Below are positions 34,181 through 44,300 of a stretch of 64,000 nt of DNA, in pieces (position 1 is the stretch's first letter; each line of letters begins with the position of its first letter). The notes below the pieces were generated by a model that was given only the letters and a program-made list of their open reading frames with translations, ran no database searches and had not been told where the DNA came from. Made by a program: the position numbers and the translations under genes. Source of the stretch: Ilumatobacteraceae bacterium (lineage in GTDB: Bacteria; Actinomycetota; Acidimicrobiia; Acidimicrobiales; Ilumatobacteraceae); assembly GCA_035527095.1 (NCBI GenBank), contig DATLBC010000140.1:6820-70819 (forward strand), given 5' to 3'.

Positions 34181-34325
34181 CGCCGTCCGAGCCTACGGAT
34201 CGCGCTCGAAGGTCGCACCGTCATGCCGCCACGCCGTCACACGGCGCCTGGCTGATGTGACGAATCTCGAAACACGACCGACCGTGACGTTCAAAGGCCC
34301 AGGCGCTGTCACTACCTTCCGTGCG

Positions 34326-34973
34326 GTGAGAACGACACGACGCCACGCCGTCAGCGGCGCAATCGGGGCCGCTGTGCTGCTGCTCGCAGCGACCGCCTGC
34401 GGCTCCGAGTCGAACGATTCGACCACCGAGTCGCTGCCCGGGGCCGTGGTCGAAGCGACGACCGGCCCGACCGAGGCACCCATCACCTCAGCGCCGACGA
34501 CGGCCGGCACCGGCGACACATCACCACCGGCCGTCGACGCCGACCCAGCGCCGGCCCAACCCGCCGTCTTCGTGCCCGAGGCACTGCAGTTCACCGCCCC
34601 CCTCGTCGGAGGAGGCACCTTCGACGGCGCGGCTGCCGCCGGCAAGCCGACGGTGTTCTGGTTCTGGGCGCCCACTTGAAGCGCGTGCAACCGTGAAGCC
34701 ACCTCGGTCGAGGAGGCAGCAGTGCAGTTCCAGGATCAGGCCAACTTCTACGGTGTTGCATGGACCGGAAGCGACGACTCGTTCCAGGGGTTCATCGACA
34801 AGCACGGCCTGACGTTCCCGCAGATCAGCGATGATCCCGGCGACGTCTTCGACCGATTCGATGTGTCGTATCAGCCGGCATTCGCGATCGTGAACACCGA
34901 TGGATCGACCGAACTGGTCCTCGGAGCCATCGACGACCAACTGCTCGGCCAGATCATCTCCGAAGCGACTTGA
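34326..34973 (+). CDS. TlpA/ResA-like thioredoxin-fold lipoprotein with TGA in place of the first Cys of CxxC (candidate selenoprotein, U-S-A-C)
   Basis: Track ORFs 33777..34679 and 34722..34973 are in the same frame, separated only by TGA 34677..34679. The N-terminus (GTG 34326) is RTTRRHAVSGAIGAAVLLLAATAC (lipoprotein signal). The active-site region reads …GKPTVFWFWAPT-U-SAC-NREA…, and the downstream fold includes …GLTFPQISDDPGDVFDRFDVSYQPAFAIVNTDG…. Confidence 0.7.
34698..34717 (+). other. SECIS-like hairpin downstream of the tlpA-like TGA
   Basis: 18 nt after the TGA: GCCACCUC-GGUC-GAGGAGGC, giving 7 Watson-Crick pairs, one A·A mismatch and a GGUC tetraloop. Confidence 0.45.
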
Positions 34974-35040
34974 CCGCCAACTGTCGCCCGGGGACAGGCC
35001 CCGTGTCTCGTTCCCGCTCGATCGCTCCTACGCTCGCCTC

Positions 35041-35937
35041 ATGCGTGTTGCCATCACCGGATCGACGGGCCTGATCGGCTCGGCCCTCAAGCCCCACCTC
35101 GAATCGCTCGGTCACGACGTGATCCGAGTGGTGCGAGGCAATCCATCGGGAACCGATGTCTCGTGGTCGCCGACCGATGGCCGCATCGACCCGGGAGCGC
35201 TCGACGGCGTAGACGCCGTCGTCCACCTGGCCGGAGCAGGCATCGGCGACAAGCGCTGGACCGACGACTACAAGCGGGAACTGCTCGACAGCCGCACCAA
35301 GGGCACGACGCTGATCTCCGAAGCGATCGCGTCGGCGACCGACGGACCCGAGGTACTGCTGTCGGGCTCGGCGATCGGGATCTACGGCGCCCGCGGCGAC
35401 GAGGAACTCACAGAGGTCTCGTCACCCGGCGAGGGATTCCTCGCAGACATCTGCGTGCAGTGGGAGCAGGCCACCGGTGTCGCCGAAGCCGCGGGCACAC
35501 GTGTGGTGCACCTGCGAACAGGCATCGTCTTGTCGGCCAAGGGCGGCGCGCTCAAGAAGCAACTGCCGCTGTTCAAGTTCGCCCTCGGCGGCAAGATGGG
35601 CTCAGGAGCCCAGTGGCAGAGCTGGATCTCGATCGACGACGAGGTCGCTGCGATCACGCACCTCCTCACCACCGACACGACGGGCGCCGTCAACCTGACC
35701 GCTCCGAAGCCGGTCACCAACGCCGAGTTCACCGACACCCTGGGCGATGTCCTGCACCGCCCGACGTTTCTGCCGATTCCGAAATTCGGCCCCAAGCTCC
35801 TGCTCGGCGCCGAACTCGCCGACAACCTGCTGTTCTCGGGACAACGCGTCGTGCCGGCGGTGCTCGAAGCCGACAGCGGCTTCACATTCCAACACCCCGA
35901 TCTGGCCACCGCGCTCCACGCGCTGCTCGGCAAGTGA
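35041..35937 (+). CDS. TIGR01777/YfcH-type NAD-dependent epimerase family protein (SDR fold plus DUF1731)
   Basis: MRVAITGSTGLIGSAL… (GxxGxxG), followed by …VVHLAG…RWT…SR… and the C-terminal …LLFSGQRVVPAVLEADSGFTFQHPDL…. Confidence 0.85.
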   Translation: MRVAITGSTGLIGSALKPHLESLGHDVIRVVRGNPSGTDVSWSPTDGRIDPGALDGVDAVVHLAGAGIGDKRWTDDYKRELLDSRTKGTTLISEAIASATDGPEVLLSGSAIGIYGARGDEELTEVSSPGEGFLADICVQWEQATGVAEAAGTRVVHLRTGIVLSAKGGALKKQLPLFKFALGGKMGSGAQWQSWISIDDEVAAITHLLTTDTTGAVNLTAPKPVTNAEFTDTLGDVLHRPTFLPIPKFGPKLLLGAELADNLLFSGQRVVPAVLEADSGFTFQHPDLATALHALLGK

Positions 35938-37193
35938 GCGCGACCACCCGACCCGACGAATCGGTGGTCGTCGTCGGCGCCGGGTTGGCCGGTTTGTCGT
36001 GCGCCGTCGCACTTCACGACGCCGGCATCCCGGTGCAGGTGTACGAAGCGAGCGACGGCATCGGCGGACGGGTGCGCACCGACCGCGTCGACGGATTCAC
36101 GCTCGACCGCGGCTTCCAGGTCGCCCTGACCGCGTACCCCGAGATGCACCGCCAACTCGACATGGCCGCGCTCGACCTCCAGGCCTTCGACCCGGGTGCC
36201 CTCGTGTGGCGCAACGGGAAGGGTGCTGTTGTCGGAGACCCGTTCCGGCGCCCGACGACAGCGCTGTCGACGGTCACGTCACCGATCGGTTCGTTGTTCG
36301 ACAAGGCCCGGATCGCCGTGCTTCGCCATCGACTGCGCAGCGTGCACCCGGTCAGGCTCCTCCAGGGAGACGACACCTCGACACGCACTGCGCTCGCCGA
36401 CGCCGGCTTCTCCGACACGATCATCGAGCGGTTCTTCCGGCCGCTCGTCGGGGGCATCCAACTCGACCCCGACCTCGCCGACAGCCGTCGCATGTTCGAC
36501 GTGATCTTCCGCATGCTCGCCGATGGCGACTCGGCTGTCCCCGCCGCAGGTATGCAGGCCATCCCCCGTCAACTTGCCGACCGGTTGCCCTCGGGCACCA
36601 TCCATCTCGACGCGCCGGTGACGGCAACCACCCCGACCTCGGCCACGGTCGACGGCACAACGATCGCTGCGTCGGCCGTCGTCGTGGCCACGGAGGGTCC
36701 GGCTGCATCAACCCTCCTCGGCCTTCCTGCCGTCGAGTCCAAGTCGGTCGGCGCTGTCTACTTCTCGGCGCCCGCGGCCCCGATCGCCGACAAGCTGGTC
36801 GTTCTCGACGGAACGGGTCGCGGCCCGGTGCTCAACGTCGCCGTGATGAGCAACGTCGCTCAGAGCTACGCGCCGCCCGGGTCACACCTGGTCGTCGCCG
36901 CACTCCCCGGCCACGACGGCCCGACGATCGAGGCCGATGCCCGTTCGCAGCTGCGCGGATGGTGGGGGCCGCAGGTGGAGACGTGGGATCATCTTGCGAC
37001 GTATCGCATTGCGCACGGCCAGCCGCGTCAACGTCCGCCCTTCGATCCCAAGCGACGAGTACGCCTCGACGACGGGCGCTTCGTGTGCGGCGACCATCGC
37101 GACACCGCCTCGATCCAGGGTGCGATGTACTCCGGGCGGCGGTGCGCTCTGGCCCTCGCCGCCGAGATCGGCCAGACTGGCCCTCATGGCTGA
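35934..37193 (+). CDS. FAD/NAD(P)-dependent oxidoreductase (amine-oxidase/phytoene-desaturase-like fold)
   Basis: The GTG at 35934 overlaps the previous stop (GTGA). The dinucleotide motif is VVVVGAGLAGLSCA…YEASDGIGGRVRT, and the C-terminal motif is …GDHRDTASIQGAMYSG…. Confidence 0.85.
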   Translation: MSATTRPDESVVVVGAGLAGLSCAVALHDAGIPVQVYEASDGIGGRVRTDRVDGFTLDRGFQVALTAYPEMHRQLDMAALDLQAFDPGALVWRNGKGAVVGDPFRRPTTALSTVTSPIGSLFDKARIAVLRHRLRSVHPVRLLQGDDTSTRTALADAGFSDTIIERFFRPLVGGIQLDPDLADSRRMFDVIFRMLADGDSAVPAAGMQAIPRQLADRLPSGTIHLDAPVTATTPTSATVDGTTIAASAVVVATEGPAASTLLGLPAVESKSVGAVYFSAPAAPIADKLVVLDGTGRGPVLNVAVMSNVAQSYAPPGSHLVVAALPGHDGPTIEADARSQLRGWWGPQVETWDHLATYRIAHGQPRQRPPFDPKRRVRLDDGRFVCGDHRDTASIQGAMYSGRRCALALAAEIGQTGPHG

Positions 37194-37662
37194 CGGGACA
37201 TCCGACAACGCATCCACCTCGATCGACGACGACAAGGTGGTGCGAGGGATCCGATTCGTGCCGGCCGAGCCCCAGGCGATCTTCGATCTCCTCGCCGATC
37301 CCGCGCAGCACCCGCAGATCGACGGTTCGGGATCGGTCCGAAGCAGCGCCGCGGACGCGCCCGAGCGTCTGACGTTGGGTTCGAAGTTCTCGATGTCGAT
37401 GAAGCTGGGCACGCCGTACAAGATCACGAACGAAGTCGTCGAGTTCGACGAGCCGTCGTTGATCGCCTGGCAGCACGTGGGCAAGCACATCTGGCGCTAC
37501 CGGTTGCGCCCCGTCGAAGGCGGCACCGAAGTCACCGAGGAGTTCGACTTCCGCCCCGCCCGCAGCGCAACAGCGCTGAAGCTGTTCGGTGCCCCCAAGC
37601 GCAACGGGAAGGCGATCGAAGCCACGCTCGATCGACTCGTCGCCCACTTCCAGGCCGACTGA
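37186..37662 (+). CDS. SRPBCC-fold (polyketide cyclase/dehydrase-like) protein
   Basis: The ATG at 37186 overlaps the previous stop. The sequence …FDLLADPAQHPQIDGSG…KITNEVVEFDEPSLIAW…WRYRL.PVEGGTEVTEEFD… fits the fold. Confidence 0.7.
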   Translation: MADGTSDNASTSIDDDKVVRGIRFVPAEPQAIFDLLADPAQHPQIDGSGSVRSSAADAPERLTLGSKFSMSMKLGTPYKITNEVVEFDEPSLIAWQHVGKHIWRYRLRPVEGGTEVTEEFDFRPARSATALKLFGAPKRNGKAIEATLDRLVAHFQAD

Positions 37663-37754
37663 CGCTGCGGTCGCCCCGCCCGCACCCCCGAAAGGGGCGC
37701 TGGTTGGGACCTTTGACCGTCGCAACAATTGTGAGGTAGGGGTAGGTTCGAGGT

Positions 37755-38204
37755 ATGGGCACGACATGGCTGACCGCGAGCGAGATGACGGCATGGCGCA
37801 CGTACATCGAGACGTTCGGCGACCTGATCGCCGCGATCGAGCGTGATCTGGCCGAGCACGACCTGACACTCGGCGACTACCAGGTGTTCGTGTACCTGTC
37901 CGAGGCGCCGAACCATTCGATGCGCATGTGCGATCTCGCCGATCTGCTGCAATTGTCACCGAGCGGCTTGACCCGTCGCCTCGATGGGCTGGTCAAGGCA
38001 GGATTCGTGACTCGCGAACCGTCGACCGACGATCGGAGGGTGATGCTGGCCACGCTCACACCGACGGGATTCAGCACCCTCGAGGCCGCTGCCCCCGTTC
38101 ACGTGGCGAGCGTGCGTCGCCACATCTTCGACCATCTCGACGACGACCAGGTCGATGCGCTGGCGTCGATCTTCCAGTCGATCAAGCTCGGGCTGGAAAA
38201 GTGA
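37755..38204 (+). CDS. MarR-family transcriptional regulator
   Basis: The winged HTH is …LGDYQVFVYLSEAPNHSMRMCDLADLLQLSPSGLTRRLDGLVKAGFVTREPSTDDRRVMLATLTPTG…. Confidence 0.9.
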   Translation: MGTTWLTASEMTAWRTYIETFGDLIAAIERDLAEHDLTLGDYQVFVYLSEAPNHSMRMCDLADLLQLSPSGLTRRLDGLVKAGFVTREPSTDDRRVMLATLTPTGFSTLEAAAPVHVASVRRHIFDHLDDDQVDALASIFQSIKLGLEK

Positions 38205-39358
38205 CCACCCTCCCGCAGGGTTTCCGCAGCCACGTTGCGAACATCGGCGTCAAGGACGACACCGACGACTTCGTGGTGATCACGGCTGAACACGCAGTCC
38301 CCGTCGCCGGCGTGTTCACGAAGAGCCGGTTCGCCGGGCCGAGCGTCACCCTCAGTCGAGCTCAGATTGCCGACGGTCAGGCCCATGCCGTCGTGGTCAT
38401 CTCGAAGAACGCCAACGTCGCCACAGGCCCGCAGGGCCATGCCGACGCCGTCGAGGTCGCCCAGCGGGTGGCTGCACGGCTCGGCTGCGAGCCGACTGAC
38501 GTCGTGGTCACCTCGACCGGCGTGATCGGGCGTCGTTACCCGATCGAGCGCATCCGCGCCGGGATCGATGCCCTGCCCGCGGAACTCACGTCCGACGATG
38601 CCGCCGGGCCGGCGCGCGGCATGATGACCACCGACACGGTCCCCAACCTCGCCGAGGCGTCCGTCGCCGGCTCATCCGCACGCGTCCTCGGGATGGCCAA
38701 GGGCGTCGGGATGATCGAGCCCGACATGGCGACGCACATCTCGCTGATCTTCACCGACGCCGCACTCACGAGCACCGACCTCGACGCCGTGTTCCGGCGC
38801 GTGGTCGACCGGACGTTCAACTGCGTCAGTGTCGACACCGACACCTCGACCAGCGACTCGTCGGTGATCATGGCCTCGGGCGCCGCCGGCCCGGTCGACC
38901 TCGATGCCTTCGAAGTGGCACTGCACGCTGTGGCGCTCGACCTGACCACGCAGATCGCCAGCGACGGCGAGGGTGCTCACTCGTTGATCGAGGTACACGT
39001 CGATCGCGCCCGCGACACCACACAGGCCAAGCGCGTCGCCAAGGCGATCGTCAACTCGCCGCTGGTGAAGACCGCCGTCCACGGCGGGGATCCCAACTGG
39101 GGTCGGGTGGCGATGGCGATCGGCAAGTGCAGCGACGACACCGACATCGATCAGGATGCGGTGGTGATCCGCTTCGGCGACACCGAGGTGTACCCGCGCC
39201 AACTCGATGACACCGCCCTGGGCGCATTGTCGGACTACATGCGCAGCCCCGAGGTCCGCATCCACGTGTCCCTCGCCACCGGCGACGACGAAGCCACCGT
39301 GTGGGGCTGCGACCTGAGCGACACCTACGTCCGCTTCAACGCCGACTACACCACCTGA
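38201..39358 (+). CDS. argJ: ArgJ-family protein (ornithine acetyltransferase / N-acetylglutamate synthase fold)
   Basis: The GTG at 38201 overlaps the marR stop (GTGA). Motifs include …KSRFAGPSV…, KGVGMIEPDMATHISLIFTDAA (self-cleavage A-T site), …SVDTDTSTSDS… and …PNWGRVAMAIG…. Confidence 0.85.
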   Translation: MTTLPQGFRSHVANIGVKDDTDDFVVITAEHAVPVAGVFTKSRFAGPSVTLSRAQIADGQAHAVVVISKNANVATGPQGHADAVEVAQRVAARLGCEPTDVVVTSTGVIGRRYPIERIRAGIDALPAELTSDDAAGPARGMMTTDTVPNLAEASVAGSSARVLGMAKGVGMIEPDMATHISLIFTDAALTSTDLDAVFRRVVDRTFNCVSVDTDTSTSDSSVIMASGAAGPVDLDAFEVALHAVALDLTTQIASDGEGAHSLIEVHVDRARDTTQAKRVAKAIVNSPLVKTAVHGGDPNWGRVAMAIGKCSDDTDIDQDAVVIRFGDTEVYPRQLDDTALGALSDYMRSPEVRIHVSLATGDDEATVWGCDLSDTYVRFNADYTT

Positions 39359-39471
39359 CCACCCGTTCAGCGGTGTGCGAACCCGCCGCATCTGCGTGAT
39401 TCGCTCATCATCACCAGTGGGACAGCCGGCAATGCTCGCGGGGCGACCTCTCGGCTGTGCGAACATGCGCG

Positions 39472-40494
39472 ATGGCCGAACCGCGACTGCTGGCACACCT
39501 GGCGAAACTCGGCGCCACCGCCGCCCAGATCTCCGATCTCGACGACGACGACCTGATCGGCCTTGCGGGCGACCTGCAACTTGCCAGCGGGCTGTCACTC
39601 ACGCTCGACGACGTTGCCCGACAGACGGGCTGCGAACGCGATGAGGTGCGCGCAATCTACGAGGGTCTCGGCCTCCGAGTCGACGACCTGGCTGGTTTCG
39701 GCGACGGCGACGTCGCCCTGGTCTCGCTGATTGCGCACGACACGAGCGGGATCATCGAGACGGTCGGGACACAGATCCTGCGGGTCGCCGGAAGTTCACT
39801 TTCACGCCTGGCCGAGGCAACGGTGGCGGCCTACGTCCAAGACGTGGAGCATCGAGACGACTCACGTGACGTCATCGCCGAGGCGGATCAGAACGCGTTC
39901 GCGTCGACTCTCGTCCTCGTGCTGGGGGACATGCTGCCCACCGTGTTCCGTCATCACATGTGGACGTCGGTCCGTCGCCAACGCGTCGCACAGCACGGCA
40001 TCGCCGATCCACAGGTCGTCCGCATGGCCGTGGGATTCGTCGATCTGGTCGGGTTCACCTCGTTCTCGCGATTTGCGTCACCTGCCGAACTCATCGCAGT
40101 GATCGAGGACTTCGAGCGGCGAGCGTTCGAGACGGCACACCGGTACGGCGGCCGGATCGTCAAGAGCATCGGCGACGAAGTGATGATCGCAGCGAGCGAC
40201 GCTCGCATCGTTTCAGCGATCGCCCTCGAACTGATCGGCACGACCGGCGATGATCCCTCGGTTGCTCCGCGGGCCGGGGTCAGCGCCGGCGACGTGTTGT
40301 TCAGACTGGGCGACTACTACGGTCCAGTGGTCAATCTGGCCTCGCGGCTCACCGCTGAAGCGGTGCCCGGCGAGGTGCTCACCGATCAGTCGACCGACGT
40401 TGGCCCGGACATGGCGCTGCAGCCCGCCGGCCGGAGAACCCTCAAGGGGTTCGCCGAACCGGTCACGGTCTGGTCGATCGAGCCGTTCACCTGA
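39472..40494 (+). CDS. class III adenylate/guanylate cyclase-domain protein
   Basis: The C-terminal catalytic domain reads …MAVGFVDLVGFTSFS…RIVKSIGDEVMIAA…AGVSAGDVLFRLGDYYGPVVNLASRL…LKGF.EPV.VW…. The N-terminal region of about 180 aa is unassigned. The start is uncertain (a GTG at 39457 is possible). Confidence 0.8.
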   Translation: MAEPRLLAHLAKLGATAAQISDLDDDDLIGLAGDLQLASGLSLTLDDVARQTGCERDEVRAIYEGLGLRVDDLAGFGDGDVALVSLIAHDTSGIIETVGTQILRVAGSSLSRLAEATVAAYVQDVEHRDDSRDVIAEADQNAFASTLVLVLGDMLPTVFRHHMWTSVRRQRVAQHGIADPQVVRMAVGFVDLVGFTSFSRFASPAELIAVIEDFERRAFETAHRYGGRIVKSIGDEVMIAASDARIVSAIALELIGTTGDDPSVAPRAGVSAGDVLFRLGDYYGPVVNLASRLTAEAVPGEVLTDQSTDVGPDMALQPAGRRTLKGFAEPVTVWSIEPFT

Positions 40495-40518
40495 CCCTCT
40501 CGGATCGGGCGATCTCGG

Positions 40519-41295
40519 TCACTTCGGCGGCATACGGATGCCGCCGTCGACTCGAATCGACTCGGCGTTCATGTAGCTGTTGGTGATGCACTCGACCACC
40601 ATCGAGGCGAGCTGCTCCGGATCGCCGAGGCGCTTCGGAAACAGCACGCCCTTCTGGAGGTTCTCCTTGAACGCTTCACTGGCGTCGCCTTCGCCGTAGA
40701 TCGGGGTGTCGATCAGGCCCGGAGCCACCGTGTTGACGCGGATGCCCACGGCGGACAGGTCGCGGGCGACCGGCAGAGTCATGCCGACGACACCGCCCTT
40801 CGACGCCGAGTAGCTGGCCTGGCCGATCTGCCCGTCGAACGCCGCCACGGAGGCGATGTTCACGATGGCGCCGCGCTCGCCGTGTTCGAGCGGCTCGGTG
40901 GTGCTCATCGCTGTCGCCGCAACTCGGATGCAGTCGAACGTACCGATCAGGTTGATGGCGATGACCTTCTTGAAGGCGTCGAGGTTGGCGGCCGACTCGA
41001 GCGACCCGTCCTTACCGATCGTTCGCTGCGCCCAGCCGATGCCGGCGGAGTTGACGAGCACCCGAACCGGTCCCATCGACTTCGCCATCTCGACGGCGTT
41101 GACGATGTCGTCGGTGTTGGTGACGTCGACCTTGCAGAACGCTCCGCCGATCTCGTCGGCGAGTTCGTTGCCCTTGTCCTCCTGCAGGTCGGCGATGACG
41201 ACCTTGGCACCGCGGGCGGCCAGCATGCGGGCTGCGGCCGCACCGATTCCCGATGCTCCACCGGTGACGATTGCACTTGCTCCAGAAATGTCCAT
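40519..41295 (-). CDS. short-chain dehydrogenase/reductase (3-hydroxyacyl-CoA dehydrogenase type-2-like)
   Basis: The cofactor motif is TGGASGIGAA. NSAGI and the catalytic SYSASKGGV (Y-x3-K) are present, with the C-terminal …IRVDGGIRMPPK. Confidence 0.92.
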   Translation of the reverse strand: MDISGASAIVTGGASGIGAAAARMLAARGAKVVIADLQEDKGNELADEIGGAFCKVDVTNTDDIVNAVEMAKSMGPVRVLVNSAGIGWAQRTIGKDGSLESAANLDAFKKVIAINLIGTFDCIRVAATAMSTTEPLEHGERGAIVNIASVAAFDGQIGQASYSASKGGVVGMTLPVARDLSAVGIRVNTVAPGLIDTPIYGEGDASEAFKENLQKGVLFPKRLGDPEQLASMVVECITNSYMNAESIRVDGGIRMPPK

Positions 41296-41362
41296 GAGGC
41301 CGAAAGCTATTCGCCGGGCGGCCTCGGCAAGGAATCCGACCGGGGGAACTCGCTCGGCTGGT

Positions 41363-44300
41363 TCAGGCCGGGGCGGGCCCGACGCCGTACCGAGTGTCGA
41401 CCACCCGGTCGGGCACCATCGCGGCGTAGGTGTCGGTTCGGTTGAACCAACCGTTCACGTCGAGGAGAAAGTGTGTGTCGCTGTGGGTGTAGATGCACAC
41501 CGATCCACCGGCACCGATCGTTGCGATGACGTTGTTCGCCGTCACCCGCCCGCGCGAGTAGTTCAGGTTTGCCGTCAGCGGACGGGGTGTTCCGCACGGC
41601 CACACCGTCGCGAATCCAGCTCCGGGGGGATTGACGGCCGTGACATTCACCGACACGGACTCGGCGTCGGCGGGGATCGTGACCGTCTGCCCGGCCACGA
41701 CCATCTCGCGACCCGTGACCTGGACCTGCAACGGCTGACTCGGACGGATGAACGTCCGCGATCCAAGACCCTCACGGGTATCGACCCAACGCTGGGGGAC
41801 GGCCGACACGAACGCCGACGATGCAGGAGTGGCCCCAGCCGTGAACCATCCGACGACGTCGACGACGAGGTCGGTCCGTGCGTGCGTGTAGAAGCACAGG
41901 GTGCCACCGGCGCCGAGCGGCGCGATCGCTCCGTTGGCCCTGACGGCACCGGCACTGAAGTTCAGCGTCGACACGACAGGCCGGTCCACACCACATGGCC
42001 ACACCGTGACGTAACCAGCGCTGACCGGGTCGACGGCGGTGACGTTGATCGCCGCGGCCACGGCGTTCGCGGGGATGACCGTTGCGCTGCCGTCGATGCG
42101 TTGGGCTCCGGCGCCGATCACCTGCAGGGTGACTGGCGTCTCCGGACGAATCCGTCCGAGTGGCACGCCGAGACCTTCGCGGGAGTCGATGAGCCGCTTC
42201 GGGGTGATCGCGGTGAATCCGGATCCGGACGCGTCGGCCGGTCCGAACCATCCACCGATGTCGATCACGACGTCGGTGGCAGCATGGGAGTACACGCAGG
42301 TCTTGCCGTTGGCATCGACCGGAGCGATCACTCCGTTGCCGTCGACCGCCCCTCGCGAGTAGTTGAGGTTCGAGGTGAGGGGTCGAGGCGCCGCGCAGGG
42401 CCACACGGTCACGAATCCGCCGCTCACCGGATCGATGGCAGCCACGTTCAACGACACGGCCGTCACATTCGCAGGGACCGTGGAGACGGCGCCGTCGGCT
42501 GCCGTGACGGTCCGACCCACGACGGGGATCTCGATCCGCCTGGGCGGGGCGAGGCGGCCGCCGATCGATGGCGACATCGTGACGAGCGACTGACGAAGCC
42601 AGAGCGCGAACTGCGCCTGTCCGGTGGTGGTCAGATGCACACCGTCGCTGAACCAGCGAACACGCTCCGGCCCCGAACTCGCCGTGTTCCAGTCGAGCAC
42701 GGTCAGGTTGGGCCAGCGCGACCGGGCAGCGCTCAGCGCGGCGTTGGTGGGTCCGTAGACAGACGCACCGGCACTCTTGCGGATGTCGGCGAGATTCACC
42801 CATGCCACCTGCCTGACGCCTCGGGCAGTGAGCGCCGACATCATTGCGTCGATGTCGGCGGCGATGTTGGCCGACGGGTTGTACCCCAACTCCACCACGG
42901 CGAGCGCCGTGTTCACGGGTACCGATGCCGCAGCCTGCACACCGCTCGGCGACGGCGGGGTCTTGGTGATGAAGCGGCTGTCGAGCACGTCGACGCGCAG
43001 CGACGGGAACGTTCCGTCGGAAAGTATCCGGAACTCCGAGGTCGTGGATCCGGCGATCGAGTTGCCAACCGAGTCTCCGATCAGCGCAACCGACGACGAC
43101 ACGGTGTCACGAGTGATCACACGCACGGTGAACCCAGGCGACGGAAGGGCATTGGCGCCACGAAAGTCCCACGCCTGCTGACGGAAGGTCCTGCCGTTCG
43201 AGCCGGTGAGCACGATGTCGTTGAACCAGATGCCGTCGAACTGCTGATAGGTCGTCGACGCGGCCTGGACCATCGACGCCGACGTGATCGAGCCGAGCCC
43301 GTACCGAGCGGCGAGCGTGTCGGCGTCGAGTATCCGCGTCCAGCGGTGGTTCGGGTTGTTCGCCGTGGCGTCGCCCGGAGCGTCGTCCACGGCGGTGAAG
43401 ACGCCGCCGGCAGTGCGCGGCCCATTCGAAGCGGAGAACTCGGTCGACGCGACGTTGCCGTTCGGGAACTTGCGGACCATGCCGGCGGTCGCCGCGATCG
43501 CGGCGTCAGTGCGCGGGTCCTCGACATTGACCGGCGCCGCGGTCGCCGTCGATCGGCGGGCCGACCCGAAGTAGACCTGACACGACTGCGAGTCACAGAT
43601 CGATGCGTACGAATACCGGCGCTGTTGGATCCCGTACGACCGTGCGGCGACTGCCTGCGCCCGAACCGCATTCACGCCCCGTCCTGATCCGGCATCTGCC
43701 CAGCTTGCGGAGATCTCCTTCGGGACGACCCCGCGCAGGTAGTCCTCGGTCTTCACGTCGTTGACGACCCGGTTGCCATCGGACTCGCTGCGGACCTCGA
43801 CCCGACCTCGGTAGTGGGTGACGACGCCGTTCGAACTGCACAGTCCGAGGACACTCGACGGCGCCGCAGCCGAGTTCTCGCCGGTCGCCGTCGTGAACGT
43901 GACGGGCCCAGTGACCGTGGTCAGCAGCGACCAACTCGCCGCGGAGGACCCGCCGGCGATGAGTTGGCGAGCGCGAGTCGCGTCGGCCGACTGCCACACT
44001 CCGGTCACCGGAAGCCCCTGGTCTCCCTGCCAATCGCGCAGGCGCGCCTCGGTGAGATTCCCGAAGGCGCCGTCGACGGAGAGCGCGCTGTCGCCCGCGA
44101 TGCGGAACGTGTTGAGGAATTCCTGGATTTGGCGGACTCCGGCGTTGTCGCCGGACCCCTTGGCAATCGGACCGTTCGGCACGACGAGACTCGACGCGCT
44201 GGGGCACGCCGAGGAGTTCGAGCCATAGATCTGGAATCGGTTTGCCGAGATCTCTCGGGCGTACATCGACACTCGGCTGAGCCCGGCCGCAGACACGGTG

